A stretch of 64,000 bases of DNA from an uncultured Planctomycetota bacterium (GTDB lineage Bacteria; Planctomycetota; Planctomycetia; Pirellulales; Thermoguttaceae). Shown piece by piece: positions 19,751 through 28,962 of the stretch (position 1 is the stretch's first letter; every line of letters starts with the position of its first letter). A program made the translations under genes and the position numbers. The stretch spans positions 222,896 through 286,895 of the forward strand of contig CAVTCJ010000003.1 in the NCBI GenBank assembly GCA_963733145.1, written 5' to 3'. The notes below the pieces were generated by a model. That model did not search any database and was not told where the DNA came from. It saw only the letters and a program-made list of their open reading frames with translations.

Positions 19751-20278
19751 CTCAATAGAGGGCGGCCGGTTTGCACAGCCAGCAAATCGGCGACCAGCTT
19801 GATGGTGCGGGCGTTTCCTTCTCGGAAGGGATGGATTACCGAGAAACTCACCTTCGATTTCTCCCACAGCCGTACAGAAGTCGTCTGTGCCGACAAGTCT
19901 ATCGGCGGGATATTTTCGGAGCACTTCTTGTTCGTACTTCCGCATGTTCGCGTCCAGAAAGTCCGGGGCCGGCCAGGTGATGCCGGGCTTGCTGATCCAA
20001 ACGGTTCGCCAACGTCCGGCCCATTCGTACAAACCACTGAAAATGCGGGCGTGAATATGCCGGATGAGGTCGCAGGTGATGGGCGTGTCGATTTCCGTTT
20101 CACGAAGCAAATCGCGATAAGCACGAGCGAGCGATTTCTCTTCCTCCGTCTGAAGCGAGACGAGGTCCGTGATCCCCAGTTTGTTTTGCAGCACAGTCCC
20201 CGCGGCATCGACATACTGAGCTTCGACATTGCCGGAGACGTCGTATCGGTTTCGAGGCTGGTCTGATTTATCCGTCAT
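19645..20278 (-). CDS. fic: Fic/Doc-family protein (class I Fic toxin), one apparent frameshift near 19860
   Basis: N-terminal frame RHIHARIFSGLYEWAGRWRTVWISK; second frame carries the Fic motif HPFREGNARTIKLVADLLAVQTG. Confidence 0.8.
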
Positions 20279-20309
20279 GGTCTTGCCGTGTAAATCGATG
20301 GTTGCGGTT

Positions 20310-21549
20310 TCATGGAGTCCCGCGAAACACCCGCTGCCGCAGCCGGGGAACGCCGAACTCGCAGACCAGTTCGGAGGGGTGATCTACGTCCCAAACCAGG
20401 AAATCGGCCTGCCGGCCGACGGTCAGCGATCCGAGCCGATCGGCAAGTCCCAGCGCCCGGGCCGCCGAGCGGGTCGCGCCGGCGAGCGCTTCCTCCGGCG
20501 TTAGGCCGAACAACGTGCTCGCCATGTTCAGTGCCAGCCGCAGCGAACAGAGCGGGGCGGTGCCGGGGTTCAGGTCGGTGGCCACGGCCATCGGCACGCC
20601 CGCCGCGCGCAATTCGGCCACCGGCGGCTTCCGCGTCTCGCGGAGGAAATAATACGCCCCGGGCAAAAGCACGGCCGTCGTGCCCGATGCGGCCAGCGCC
20701 GGAAGGTCGTCCGTGCCGAGATGTTCGAGGTGATCGGCCGAGAGGGCGCCGAAGCGGGCGGCCAGCCGGGCCCCGCCCAGGTTCGATAGCTGCTCGAAGT
20801 GCCCCTTCACCGGCAGGCCGCAGCGCCGGGCGGCCTCGAACACCCGCTCGCACTGCGCCGGCGAGAAGGCGATCCGCTCGCAAAACACGTCCACCGCGTC
20901 GGCCAGCCCTTCCGCGGCCGCGGCCGGTATGATTTCGTCGCAGACCAGCGCGATGTATTCGTCCGAACGTCCGGCGAACTCCGGCGGCAAGGCGTGTGCG
21001 GCCAGCAGCGTCGTCGAGACGTGTACCGGCACGCGCTCGGCCAGCCGCCGCGCGACGCGGAGCATCTTCAGTTCGTCGGCGGTCGTCAGGCCGTAGCCCG
21101 ACTTGATCTCGACGGTCGTCGCGCCCTCGTCGGCCAGCGCGGAGCCGCGGCAGCGAGGCGTCCAACAGTTGCGACTCGTCCATCGCGCGGGTGGCGCGGA
21201 CGGTCGAAAGAATTCCGCCGCCCCGCCGGGCAAGCTCCTCGTAGGACACGCCCGAGCGGCGCTGCTCGATCTCGCGCGAGCGGTTGCCGCCGTAGACCAG
21301 ATGGGTGTGGCAATCAATCAGGCCCGGCGTGATCCAGGCGCCGCGGGCGTCGATCACTTCGGCGGGGGCCGGATTTGCGGGCAGGCCGTCCATCGGCGCG
21401 ATGGCCGCGATCTTGCCGTCTCGGACGCCAATGGCGTGATTCTCGAGCGCCCCGTACGGCGCGGCCACGGCCGGGTCGAACGTGGCCAGCCGGGCGTTGA
21501 TCCAAACCGTTTGGCAAGTTGAAATTGGAGCGATTGGCATGTGCGACAT
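20310..21549 (-). CDS. hutI: imidazolonepropionase, one apparent frameshift near 21165
   Basis: N-terminal frame [35 protein letters not shown]; C-terminal frame [25 protein letters not shown]...[10 protein letters not shown] single-base offset in ccgcggctccgcgctggccgacgag. Confidence 0.85.
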
Positions 21550-21898
21550 TGTAGCACACCCCAGCGTCGGGCGAAAACGCCCGCGGTCAATCGTACTCCC
21601 CCCCGATATGTGCCGGAAACAGCGCGGCTCTCCCCCCGACGGGCGCAGCCGATGAGCGTTTACTCGGCAGACTTTTGCTCGTTTTCTCGATGATTCCTCG
21701 CCGCTCGCGATTTGGCGCAAACCGAATTGAGTTGCGTTTCGCCGCTCGACGTGGTATCATGGTGGGTAGCAAAAGTCGCCGGACCGGGGGTGTCGCTGCG
21801 ACGCAACGCAAGGAGCAAACCAAGACTACGGAGAACACCGACATCCTGTCTGACAATCTTTTCCAGACTTCAGAATCACTCTTATCTTACGCGGGAGG

Positions 21899-22207
21899 AT
21901 GAAGATCATGGACATGACGCAAGAAATCGGGACGGAGCAGGATGGCAAACGAGTAGTGGCGCTGGAAATCGCCTTGAAAGTCGGGCTGATCGAGAAGTGC
22001 GAGGAGCATGGCTGCGTCTACGACGCCATGAACGACTTCGCACTGGAGGACGCCATTCGCTTCGCCGACACGCTGATGGCCCAGAACGATTCGTCGGTGG
22101 CCGTTTTCGCGGGCAACCGCAAACGGATGCACCACGTGATCGAGAACATCCGCACGGGAATGCCCAACTGCTGCCCGGACTGCTTTTACGCAAGGCAGAA
22201 CGAGTAG
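21899..22207 (+). CDS. hypothetical Cys-rich small protein (102 aa)
   Basis: RBS gggagg; CEEHGC...CCPDC cysteine pairs. Its last ~27 bp are duplicated on the far side of the adjacent MITE. Confidence 0.5.
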   Translation: MKIMDMTQEIGTEQDGKRVVALEIALKVGLIEKCEEHGCVYDAMNDFALEDAIRFADTLMAQNDSSVAVFAGNRKRMHHVIENIRTGMPNCCPDCFYARQNE

Positions 22208-22223
22208 ACGGCGTGGTTGCCAA

Positions 22224-22525
22224 CGTAGGTTATGCTTTAGCCTAGCGCGGCGTAGCCGCAACCAATTGTGACGACGTAAGTTCCGATTATCGCCAGAAAA
22301 ACATTGAGGATGTTTCCTCAATCCTAAAGTCTAATGGTATTACGCAGGCCGGCGGGTGTTATGCCATTAGTTTTTGGGATTGAGAAATCGTCCTCAATCT
22401 TTGACGGTCTTGGGTCTTAGGTCTTGGGTCTTAGGTCTTGGCACGAAGACCCAAGACCTAAGACCCAAGACCCAAGACCACAATTGGTTGCGGCTAAGCC
22501 GCGCTAGGCTAAAGCATAACCTACG
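22224..22525. mobile_element. MITE (~300 bp) with 47-bp terminal inverted repeats and internal long hairpins including a GGTCTTGGGTCTTAGG tandem-repeat stem
   Basis: TIRs cgtaggttatgctttagcctagcgcggcgtagccgcaaccaattgtg / cacaattggttgcggctaagccgcgctaggctaaagcataacctacg (1 mismatch). Flanked by 27-bp imperfect direct repeats tgcttttacgcaaggcagaacgagtag (22181-22207) and ctgcttttgcgcaaggcggaacgagtag (22527-22554). A truncated second copy is at 35928-36066. Confidence 0.65.
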
Positions 22526-22560
22526 TCTGCTTTTGCGCAAGGCGGAACGAGTAGGCTCTC

Positions 22561-24390
22561 TCACCAATTCCGATACGCTGTCGCGGCCAAACCCTCGAAA
22601 AATGCGCGGGCGTTGACGCCCAGGGTGCTGGTGCGATAGCCGCCCTCTTGAACGACCAGGATCGGCAGGCCGAGGCCGCCGAGCATCCGCCCGTTCTCGC
22701 GGAAGTCCTTCGAGGTGAGGTTCCAGGTGCCGGTCGGATCGCCCTTGGCCGTATCGAGCCCGAGGGACACGATAAGAAAATGCGGATTGAACTTGGCCAC
22801 GCGTTTCAGGGCCTTGGCCAGGGCCGTGCGATATTGCGGTCCGTCGAGCCGCTCGGGCAGGGGCACGTTCAGGTTGTAGCCCTTGCCCGCCAACTCGCCG
22901 TGTTCGTCGCGGAAGCCGGAGAAGTAGGGATAGGCGAAACTCGGATGCCCGTGCAAGGAGACGGTCAGCACGTCGTCGCGGGCGTAGAAGATGTCCTGGG
23001 TCCCGTTTCCGTGGTGGTAATCGACGTCGATGACGGCGGTTTTGCCCAGTCGGCTGAGATAGTGAGCGGCCACGGCGGCGTTGTTGAAGTAGCAGAAGCC
23101 GCCGAAGCTGCGGCGTTCGGCATGATGGCCCGGCGGCCGGACGAGCGCGTAGGCCAGCCGCCGCCCGCTGAGAATTTGATCGGCGGCGGTGAGCGTGCAG
23201 TTGACGGCCTGCCGCGCCGCCAGGAAGGCGTTGGGGTTCAACGGCGTAAAGGTGTCGATGCAATAGTAGCCCGCCAGCACGGACAGTTCCTTGGGCGGCC
23301 GGGCGCTGTTGCGGATGGGAAACACGTAGGGATAGACCGACTTCCCCTCGGGCACGGCCGCGCACGCGCGGCGGAGATAATCGAGAAAGTTCGAGTCATG
23401 CACCGCCCGCAGATGACGCTCCAAATGGAAGCGGGTCTCCAGCCGGGTGAACATCCCGGTCGGCTCGATCTTCGAGAGGATGGACTTGATCCGCACGGGC
23501 GCCTCGACGTAGCCCCGCTCGCGGACGTGATGGATGTCGTGCTTTTCGTTGACGACCAGGGCGATCGGTTCCTGGATGCCCGCCGGCTGCGCCGGGGGCA
23601 TCTCCCGCTCGCGGTAGCGCGGCGGGCGGATATGCACCGGATCGTCGCGGAACGAATCGACCACTTTCCGCACGTATTCCGGCGGGCAGAGATGCGGATA
23701 TTTTCGTTCCAGGATGGCCCTGGCCGCGCGGCGGGCGAAATCGCGGCGCAGCGGCTTGCCCCGGTCCAGCCCATCGAACATCAGGTGTGGCATGCCGATT
23801 TCGCCCGGCCGGAGAGGAGTCTCGTATTCCGTGTCGACGATCGGCCGGACCCCGAAGCGTTCGTAGAAGCGGAGCCGGGCGACGTTCTGGGCCAGCACGG
23901 CCGCGTCGGGACATTGTTCGGGATCGTCCGGCAGGCACTCGAAGAAGATCGCCTCGGCGCCCAGCCGCAAGGCGTCGCGGCGGGCCCGTTGGTAGATCGC
24001 CGCCCCGATCCCGCGTCCGATCAGCCGCTTGTGGGAGGCCAGAAAATCGAGGAAGCTGAACTTCATTTCCGGCTCGTGCATCAGCAGGGCGAAGCCCGAC
24101 ACGCGGCGGCGGTCTTCGGTCACGTACAACACCGTGCGGAACCGCTGCTTGAAGGGGTTTTTGAGCTTCTCCGCCAGCAGCTCGATTTCCTCGGGCCGGA
24201 CGGCGGCGAAGTGCTCGTGCAACATCTGCTGGACCTGCCGGATGGCGTCCTTGTTCAACGGCAGGACGTCGTCGTATATCTGGCGGATGTTGAACATGGA
24301 CGGCGGCGATTCAAATTCGGTCCAGCATGTCTGCGGGGGCGGACAAACCAGCACATCATACTCGTTAATTGGGTTTGGAAGAAGCGGCAT
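22561..24390 (-). CDS. GNAT acetyltransferase - histone-deacetylase-family (AcuC/HDAC-like amidohydrolase) fusion protein
   Basis: N-terminal GNAT fold (RVSGFALLMHEPE..LIGRGIGAAIYQRAR); C-terminal HDAC motifs (PPGHHAERRSFGGFCYFNNAAVA, DVDYHHGNGTQDIF, SLGLDTAKGDP). Alternative start at MFNIRQ (24297). Confidence 0.85.
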   Translation of the reverse strand: MPLLPNPINEYDVLVCPPPQTCWTEFESPPSMFNIRQIYDDVLPLNKDAIRQVQQMLHEHFAAVRPEEIELLAEKLKNPFKQRFRTVLYVTEDRRRVSGFALLMHEPEMKFSFLDFLASHKRLIGRGIGAAIYQRARRDALRLGAEAIFFECLPDDPEQCPDAAVLAQNVARLRFYERFGVRPIVDTEYETPLRPGEIGMPHLMFDGLDRGKPLRRDFARRAARAILERKYPHLCPPEYVRKVVDSFRDDPVHIRPPRYREREMPPAQPAGIQEPIALVVNEKHDIHHVRERGYVEAPVRIKSILSKIEPTGMFTRLETRFHLERHLRAVHDSNFLDYLRRACAAVPEGKSVYPYVFPIRNSARPPKELSVLAGYYCIDTFTPLNPNAFLAARQAVNCTLTAADQILSGRRLAYALVRPPGHHAERRSFGGFCYFNNAAVAAHYLSRLGKTAVIDVDYHHGNGTQDIFYARDDVLTVSLHGHPSFAYPYFSGFRDEHGELAGKGYNLNVPLPERLDGPQYRTALAKALKRVAKFNPHFLIVSLGLDTAKGDPTGTWNLTSKDFRENGRMLGGLGLPILVVQEGGYRTSTLGVNARAFFEGLAATAYRNW

Positions 24391-24645
24391 CCTTAATGCG
24401 TTGTTTGCGGAGAATCACCGGTAAGCTGACGATACGCGGAATATGCCTGTTGGAATTCAACTCGTTTCGACAATCTCTTTTTCGTGTGCTGGCTTTTGGG
24501 GTCTTCAGCCCTCGCAAGTCAGGATTGTGATTATTGACAGCCAGGTCTGGTAAATACCCCGCCGCAGAGGTAATTTTGGGAAAATCTCCCATCTTATTGT
24601 CAGGAATCGCACTTTGGCGGACTATAAGGTTGTAGAATAATGCCT

Positions 24646-25527
24646 CTAACCCGGATTATTCGTAAATCTGCAAACAAAAGCGCCTCCGCGAGCGTCTAAA
24701 GTGTTAAGTGATAAACATTTTGGACAACCCACGGAGGCGCATTGTGGTAAAGCAGTCTGCTTTTCAGGTTTCCTTCGATTTTCTCACATCGAAGGCGATT
24801 GTGGTAGAGCCCGCAGCGGCACAGGTTTCCAGCGACGCGGGCTTGTTGCCCTTTCGGCAACTCGACGAGCGGCTGGGGCTGACGCGGCAGTTCGCCAATG
24901 CGCTCAGCGACCGACGGCATCCCGGATACGTCGATCATCCTCTGCTGGAGATGACCCGCACGCGGGTCTATGGCATACTCGCCGACTATCCCGACCAGAA
25001 CGACCACGACGTGCTGCGCAGCGATCCGATCTTCAAGCTCCTCTGCGATCGCTCCACGACCGACGACGATCTGGCCAGCCAGCCCACCCTCTCGCCGATC
25101 CGCCTCCGCCGCCGGCTTCTGCGGAAGTCCCCCTGGAAGCCCTCGCCGACCATGATCGCCGCCGCTGGCACAATCACCGCCGCGAGCGCGATCCGCTGGG
25201 CAAAGGGCAACCCTGTACCTGGCGGACGCGCTTGATTAAAGTCAGCGCGTACGTGCGTGAAACCACTCGCCGCGTGGTAGTGGAACTCTCATCGAACTGG
25301 CCTTACCTGCACCACTTTCAACAGGTCAGCCAGCGGATTCTCGTCCTTGCCGGAGCGGCTCCCAACAGCAGTTAGCCCCTGCCGACAACTTCCTCTGCCG
25401 CGCCCACCAGCTTTTGGCCACGGGGGGAAGGGGGCCTTGTGTCTTTCCACAACCCCATCGTCTTCTCTTGCCTCTTCCCACCGCCAGCCAGCACGAACAG
25501 ACAGCGTTTACGAATAATCCGGGTTAG
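24646..25527 (+). mobile_element. defective IS4-family insertion sequence (internal deletion): transposase N-terminal ~175 aa plus C-terminal ~40 aa, 21-bp TIRs
   Basis: TIRs ctaacccggattattcgtaaa / tttacgaataatccgggttag; ORF 24708-25235 has the IS4-type N-terminus (PFRQLDERLGLTRQF..EMTRTRVYGILADYPDQNDHDVLRSDPIFKLL); frame 24701-25375 ends LIKVSAYVRETTRRVVVELSSNWPYLHHFQQV, the typical IS4 transposase C-terminus. Catalytic DDE core missing. Confidence 0.75.
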
Positions 25528-26016
25528 CCAAGCTTCTGCCAGCCGACGTTGTCCTATCAAAAACAATGCCAGTTCACGGTGGAGCCATGCATCGTGAGGG
25601 TTTTGGGCCACTGCCTGACGGATCGCCGGCCCATTGCCAGCAGAGAAGACCCCGCTACGGGCAGGCGGAAAGCCAAACCACAACTTTAGGCACGCTCTTG
25701 CTGTTGCCAAACCGATTCCGGCCGGCAGTCCGACGAACCACCACCGCAGATGCCACGCTAAACGGCGCTGGAAGGCATCGGCGTTGGTAGGATGCCTCAA
25801 AAGTGACTGGGCGACGAACAGGGCGTGTTCGGTGTCATCACTGACCATACCACGCCCGAACAAGAAGCGGTGTTGCCATGACCCCGGCATCATTCGACGC
25901 CGGCGAGCGGGGGATATTCCTTCGGCAGGCAAGCCCACAGCATCACCCACGGCCGTGCCCAACAGGATGCCGGCAAGGCGGTCGGATGCGGCATGTTCTC
26001 CCAAAGTACTCGACAT
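25528..26016 (-). pseudogene. ADP-ribosylglycohydrolase (DraG/ARH family), truncated after ~160 aa by the IS4-family element
   Basis: GILLGTAVGDAVGLPAEG and MVSDDTEHALFVAQSLL match the ARH N-terminus. Homology ends exactly at the IS right end; the remainder is not found beyond the IS. Confidence 0.65.
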
Positions 26017-26020
26017 GGTC

Positions 26021-26971
26021 TTAGGGCAACCTCTGGGCGAAGTACAACGCCGCGTAGATCTTCGGGCTAATCATCATGCCCTCTTGACGCTTCGATTGCA
26101 GCCACCCGTGTACCTCGTTGAGCGACACAACATGGACTCGGATGTCTTCGTTCTTGTCACCGCCGCCTGGGCCAACTTTTCGCGCATCCCTGGCCAGCAA
26201 CAACGTGTAGACTTCGTTGGTCAGGCCGGACGAACTCGGGCCCTCAAGCAAGTAGTCGAAGTGTGCTGCCTCATAGCCGGTCTCCTCGAACAACTCGCGG
26301 CGTGCCGCCTCCATCAGGTCTTCTTCCTTGCTCTCTGCCAGATCACCGACCAGTCCCGCTGGCAGCTCAATCACTCGACTTTCCAGTGGAATGCGATACT
26401 GCTCGATAAGCACCAATTCCTGCTTCTCTGTAATCGCTACGACCACCACAGCAGCAGAAGTATTCGTTCGCTCAGCCCACTCCCAACCGCAACGGCTGAG
26501 CAGGCGGATGAAACGCCCTTCTGCGAGAATCCGAGGTGGTTCCTTGCGATCGTTTGTGTCGGGTGCGGTACCAATGACAATCGAGTCGTAATGCGGGCCT
26601 TGATAGTCATCACCATAATAGACGTCGACAACCCGAATCCTCCCCTGAATGTTGTCATTGAAGTAATCCAGTTGCTCTGACGGCACCCATAGCTCTCGAT
26701 GCAAAGCGGAACCAACTTGGTGCTCCTCGAAGCGATTCAAATAGTCGGCTGGCAGATCGCACTCGACAACGAAGCCAACCTGCGTAGGTCGCCCAGCGGA
26801 ATCCTTGGTATTCCACTGACTGGCAATCTGTTGGGCGTATTCGCGCGTGAGCACGGGGTAGAAGATTGGTTGTCCTGGCAGTCGCGGGGGAAAGCGTTGC
26901 AGTCCTGTCGCCTGGATCAGTGCAAGTTCATCGAGTCCAACAGGACGATACAAGGTTCGTAGTTGTCTCAT
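26021..26971 (-). CDS. Nudix hydrolase (ADP-ribose pyrophosphatase-like) with an uncharacterised ~110-aa N-terminal domain
   Basis: Nudix box LPAGLVGDLAESKEEDLMEAARRELFEETGY; NudF-like pre-Nudix region RVVDVYYGDDYQG...AAVVVVAI; N-terminal MRQLRTLYRPVGLDELALIQATGLQRFPPRLPGQPIFYPVLTREYAQQIASQWN has no match I can name. Confidence 0.8.
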   Translation of the reverse strand: MRQLRTLYRPVGLDELALIQATGLQRFPPRLPGQPIFYPVLTREYAQQIASQWNTKDSAGRPTQVGFVVECDLPADYLNRFEEHQVGSALHRELWVPSEQLDYFNDNIQGRIRVVDVYYGDDYQGPHYDSIVIGTAPDTNDRKEPPRILAEGRFIRLLSRCGWEWAERTNTSAAVVVVAITEKQELVLIEQYRIPLESRVIELPAGLVGDLAESKEEDLMEAARRELFEETGYEAAHFDYLLEGPSSSGLTNEVYTLLLARDARKVGPGGGDKNEDIRVHVVSLNEVHGWLQSKRQEGMMISPKIYAALYFAQRLP

Positions 26972-26986
26972 AAGACTCCTCTCGTC

Positions 26987-27409
26987 TCATCGGTCTTCGT
27001 GTTGAACGTCACTGGCGTCCGCGCATCTTCGTTCCCACGGCACCAAGGAGTACCCAACACCATGGTAATCCTTTCCGAACACAGCCAGGGCGATGAACAA
27101 CACCGTCACCGGGGTTTGCACCACGAGAACTCCGGACCATGTGAACAGGTCAAGGGCCGACCATGTTCCGACATTAACAACAAAGACAGCGCTCCACAAT
27201 AGCTCGGGCTTCCGGGGAATGCGGAAGACATTACAGAACAGGAAGAAGTGGCCAAGAACAACCGGGAAGATGGCCGCCATCTCACCGAGCAGCGACCATG
27301 TGCCACATGTCACAGCCGCACAGAGTGCAATCGCAACTCCATCGGTAAGCGAGAACCGAAATCCGGCCGCCGGCCTCCAGTTCCACCATGAGCATGAGGA
27401 ATTATACAT
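26987..27409 (-). CDS. hypothetical small membrane protein (~4 TM helices)
   Basis: Hydrophobic segments AIALCAAVTCGTWSLLG, IFPVVLGHFFLFCNVF, LLWSAVFVVNVGTWSAL, VTVLFIALAVFG. Confidence 0.45.
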   Translation of the reverse strand: MYNSSCSWWNWRPAAGFRFSLTDGVAIALCAAVTCGTWSLLGEMAAIFPVVLGHFFLFCNVFRIPRKPELLWSAVFVVNVGTWSALDLFTWSGVLVVQTPVTVLFIALAVFGKDYHGVGYSLVPWERRCADASDVQHEDR

Positions 27410-28745
27410 GAAACCTTTTCCCTACGACATTCCCATCCCCAGCGAAGGTCAATTCCAGGCCACCAAAACTCCCACCGAAGTTCCTGATCCGCAGATCTCG
27501 GCAGATTATCTCAGTCGTGTCTCCATCATTGGCAACCTCAACTGCACGGTAGCCAGGCGACAGCTCGCACATTAAGCGGTATTCGATCACTTGATTGAGC
27601 CAGTTCACGTATTTGGAATCAAATGTCTGCCAACTTGTGGGTATCGTAGTTTCGCCGCGAATTGCACTCAACTCGAAAATCTGAACAACCTCTGCCTGCT
27701 CCCGACAGGCGAGAAAACGCCGCGGCGCAACCGCACTCGGGATCATGCTCAGCATCCCGGCGGGAGCTAAGCAAGCAGCACGACGATGCACCAGCCAACG
27801 CAGTATCCAATAGACAGCCACAAAAGTCCCATACGCCGCAGCCAAGGACGGCCGCACCATTTGCCCACCATGTGACTGAGCGAGGATGGCAATCAAGAAG
27901 CCGCTGCTGACAGTAATCATGATGCCGTCAATAAAGAACACCCATTCGGTGCACCATCGTTTCCGGCTCAGTGGCGCCAACAATGCCACACCATAGGTGT
28001 TGGTTGCATCCATCAGCGTATGCAGAAGCATTCCCGCTCCCAAGGCAACAGGTGCCCACATCTCGTCGATGCCGAACCATGCTAGCAGCGGCCAGAGCAG
28101 GATGGCCAGCCCAATTATCACAGGCAATGAATGCGTGTACGTCTGATGCCATCGTAGAAACGACACCTTGCCGAAAAGTCTGCTGAGCGAGTCGAGATCC
28201 GGCAATACAGACCCCAAGACGAAACAGCCCGCTGTCACCGGTGTGGCGTGAAGGAACGGACTGGCAATGATCGTGCCCGCCAGCCCGCATAGCACCAAGC
28301 CAAAATAGGCACAAGCGGACAGACACTGTCGGCTTGCGTGGGTTGTAAGACTGGACTCGGTGAAGTAGCGCACCAGTTTTTCCAGATCATTCGGAAAGTG
28401 GTGGGCATAACGGATCGGCACGGGGGCTAAACGCATGATTGATCCATTGCCACTAGCGTGCTCTGATTTATCTCCTGATTTTCTGGCGTCACCGGTCTCT
28501 GCGAACCGGCTCAGAGCCCACCGGGTGGTAATACCAATGTCGAAACAGTGGCCATTGACGGAGTATTTGCCGTCGCGCCACCAGGCAACATAGCGTCGGG
28601 CCTGATCATTGAGGTCCCAACCGATGCTGGCGATGCTGTCGGCCAAGGCCTGCCGCCACGGTGAAACCACCGCCGAACGGGTGTTTTCGGAAGAACAAAT
28701 GGAACACGGATTGGTGGTCGTGGTTTCCTGTCTTCCAATAGCCAT
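27402..28745 (-). CDS. chimeric ORF: C-terminal half of an ADP-ribosylglycohydrolase fused in frame to a YdjM-like (DUF457) membrane-bound metal-dependent hydrolase
   Basis: ARH part: [39 protein letters not shown]; YdjM part: [29 protein letters not shown] plus TM helices. The ARH N-terminal half is absent. Confidence 0.55.
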   Translation of the reverse strand: MAIGRQETTTTNPCSICSSENTRSAVVSPWRQALADSIASIGWDLNDQARRYVAWWRDGKYSVNGHCFDIGITTRWALSRFAETGDARKSGDKSEHASGNGSIMRLAPVPIRYAHHFPNDLEKLVRYFTESSLTTHASRQCLSACAYFGLVLCGLAGTIIASPFLHATPVTAGCFVLGSVLPDLDSLSRLFGKVSFLRWHQTYTHSLPVIIGLAILLWPLLAWFGIDEMWAPVALGAGMLLHTLMDATNTYGVALLAPLSRKRWCTEWVFFIDGIMITVSSGFLIAILAQSHGGQMVRPSLAAAYGTFVAVYWILRWLVHRRAACLAPAGMLSMIPSAVAPRRFLACREQAEVVQIFELSAIRGETTIPTSWQTFDSKYVNWLNQVIEYRLMCELSPGYRAVEVANDGDTTEIICRDLRIRNFGGSFGGLELTFAGDGNVVGKRFHV

Positions 28746-28848
28746 AGGCCATTGTGAGTTGGTAGAGGTCTGTCAGCAGCCCCAAGGAAGACTTATACAG
28801 CGTGCCCAACGTACTCATGTTCACCTCCGCATTGTTAGTGTGCAGCAT
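28606..28848 (-). pseudogene. nicotinate phosphoribosyltransferase N-terminal fragment (~65 aa) abutting the chimeric ORF
   Basis: [47 protein letters not shown] is the NAPRTase N-terminus. The frame ends after 80 aa and the adjacent frame continues as ARH sequence. Confidence 0.55.
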
Positions 28849-28962
28849 ACACTAAGATAAACTGCTTGTCAAGTGGTCTCCAAGGGGACTCGGTCAGGAA
28901 AAGGTATCCGCACACAGGGCATGATATCTTGCTCTCTGGTTATCGGAGACTGCCCAATCAGT

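Noticed and set aside
21587-21856. 89-aa ORF upstream of hutI
   Set aside because: No RBS, low-complexity Ser/Arg-rich, lies in the hutI promoter region.
22380-22475. Tandem GGTCTTGGGTCTTAGG repeats, considered as a possible mini CRISPR array
   Set aside because: Only ~8-bp units without spacers, arranged as two perfectly complementary arms of one hairpin inside a MITE; no cas genes; repeats far too short.
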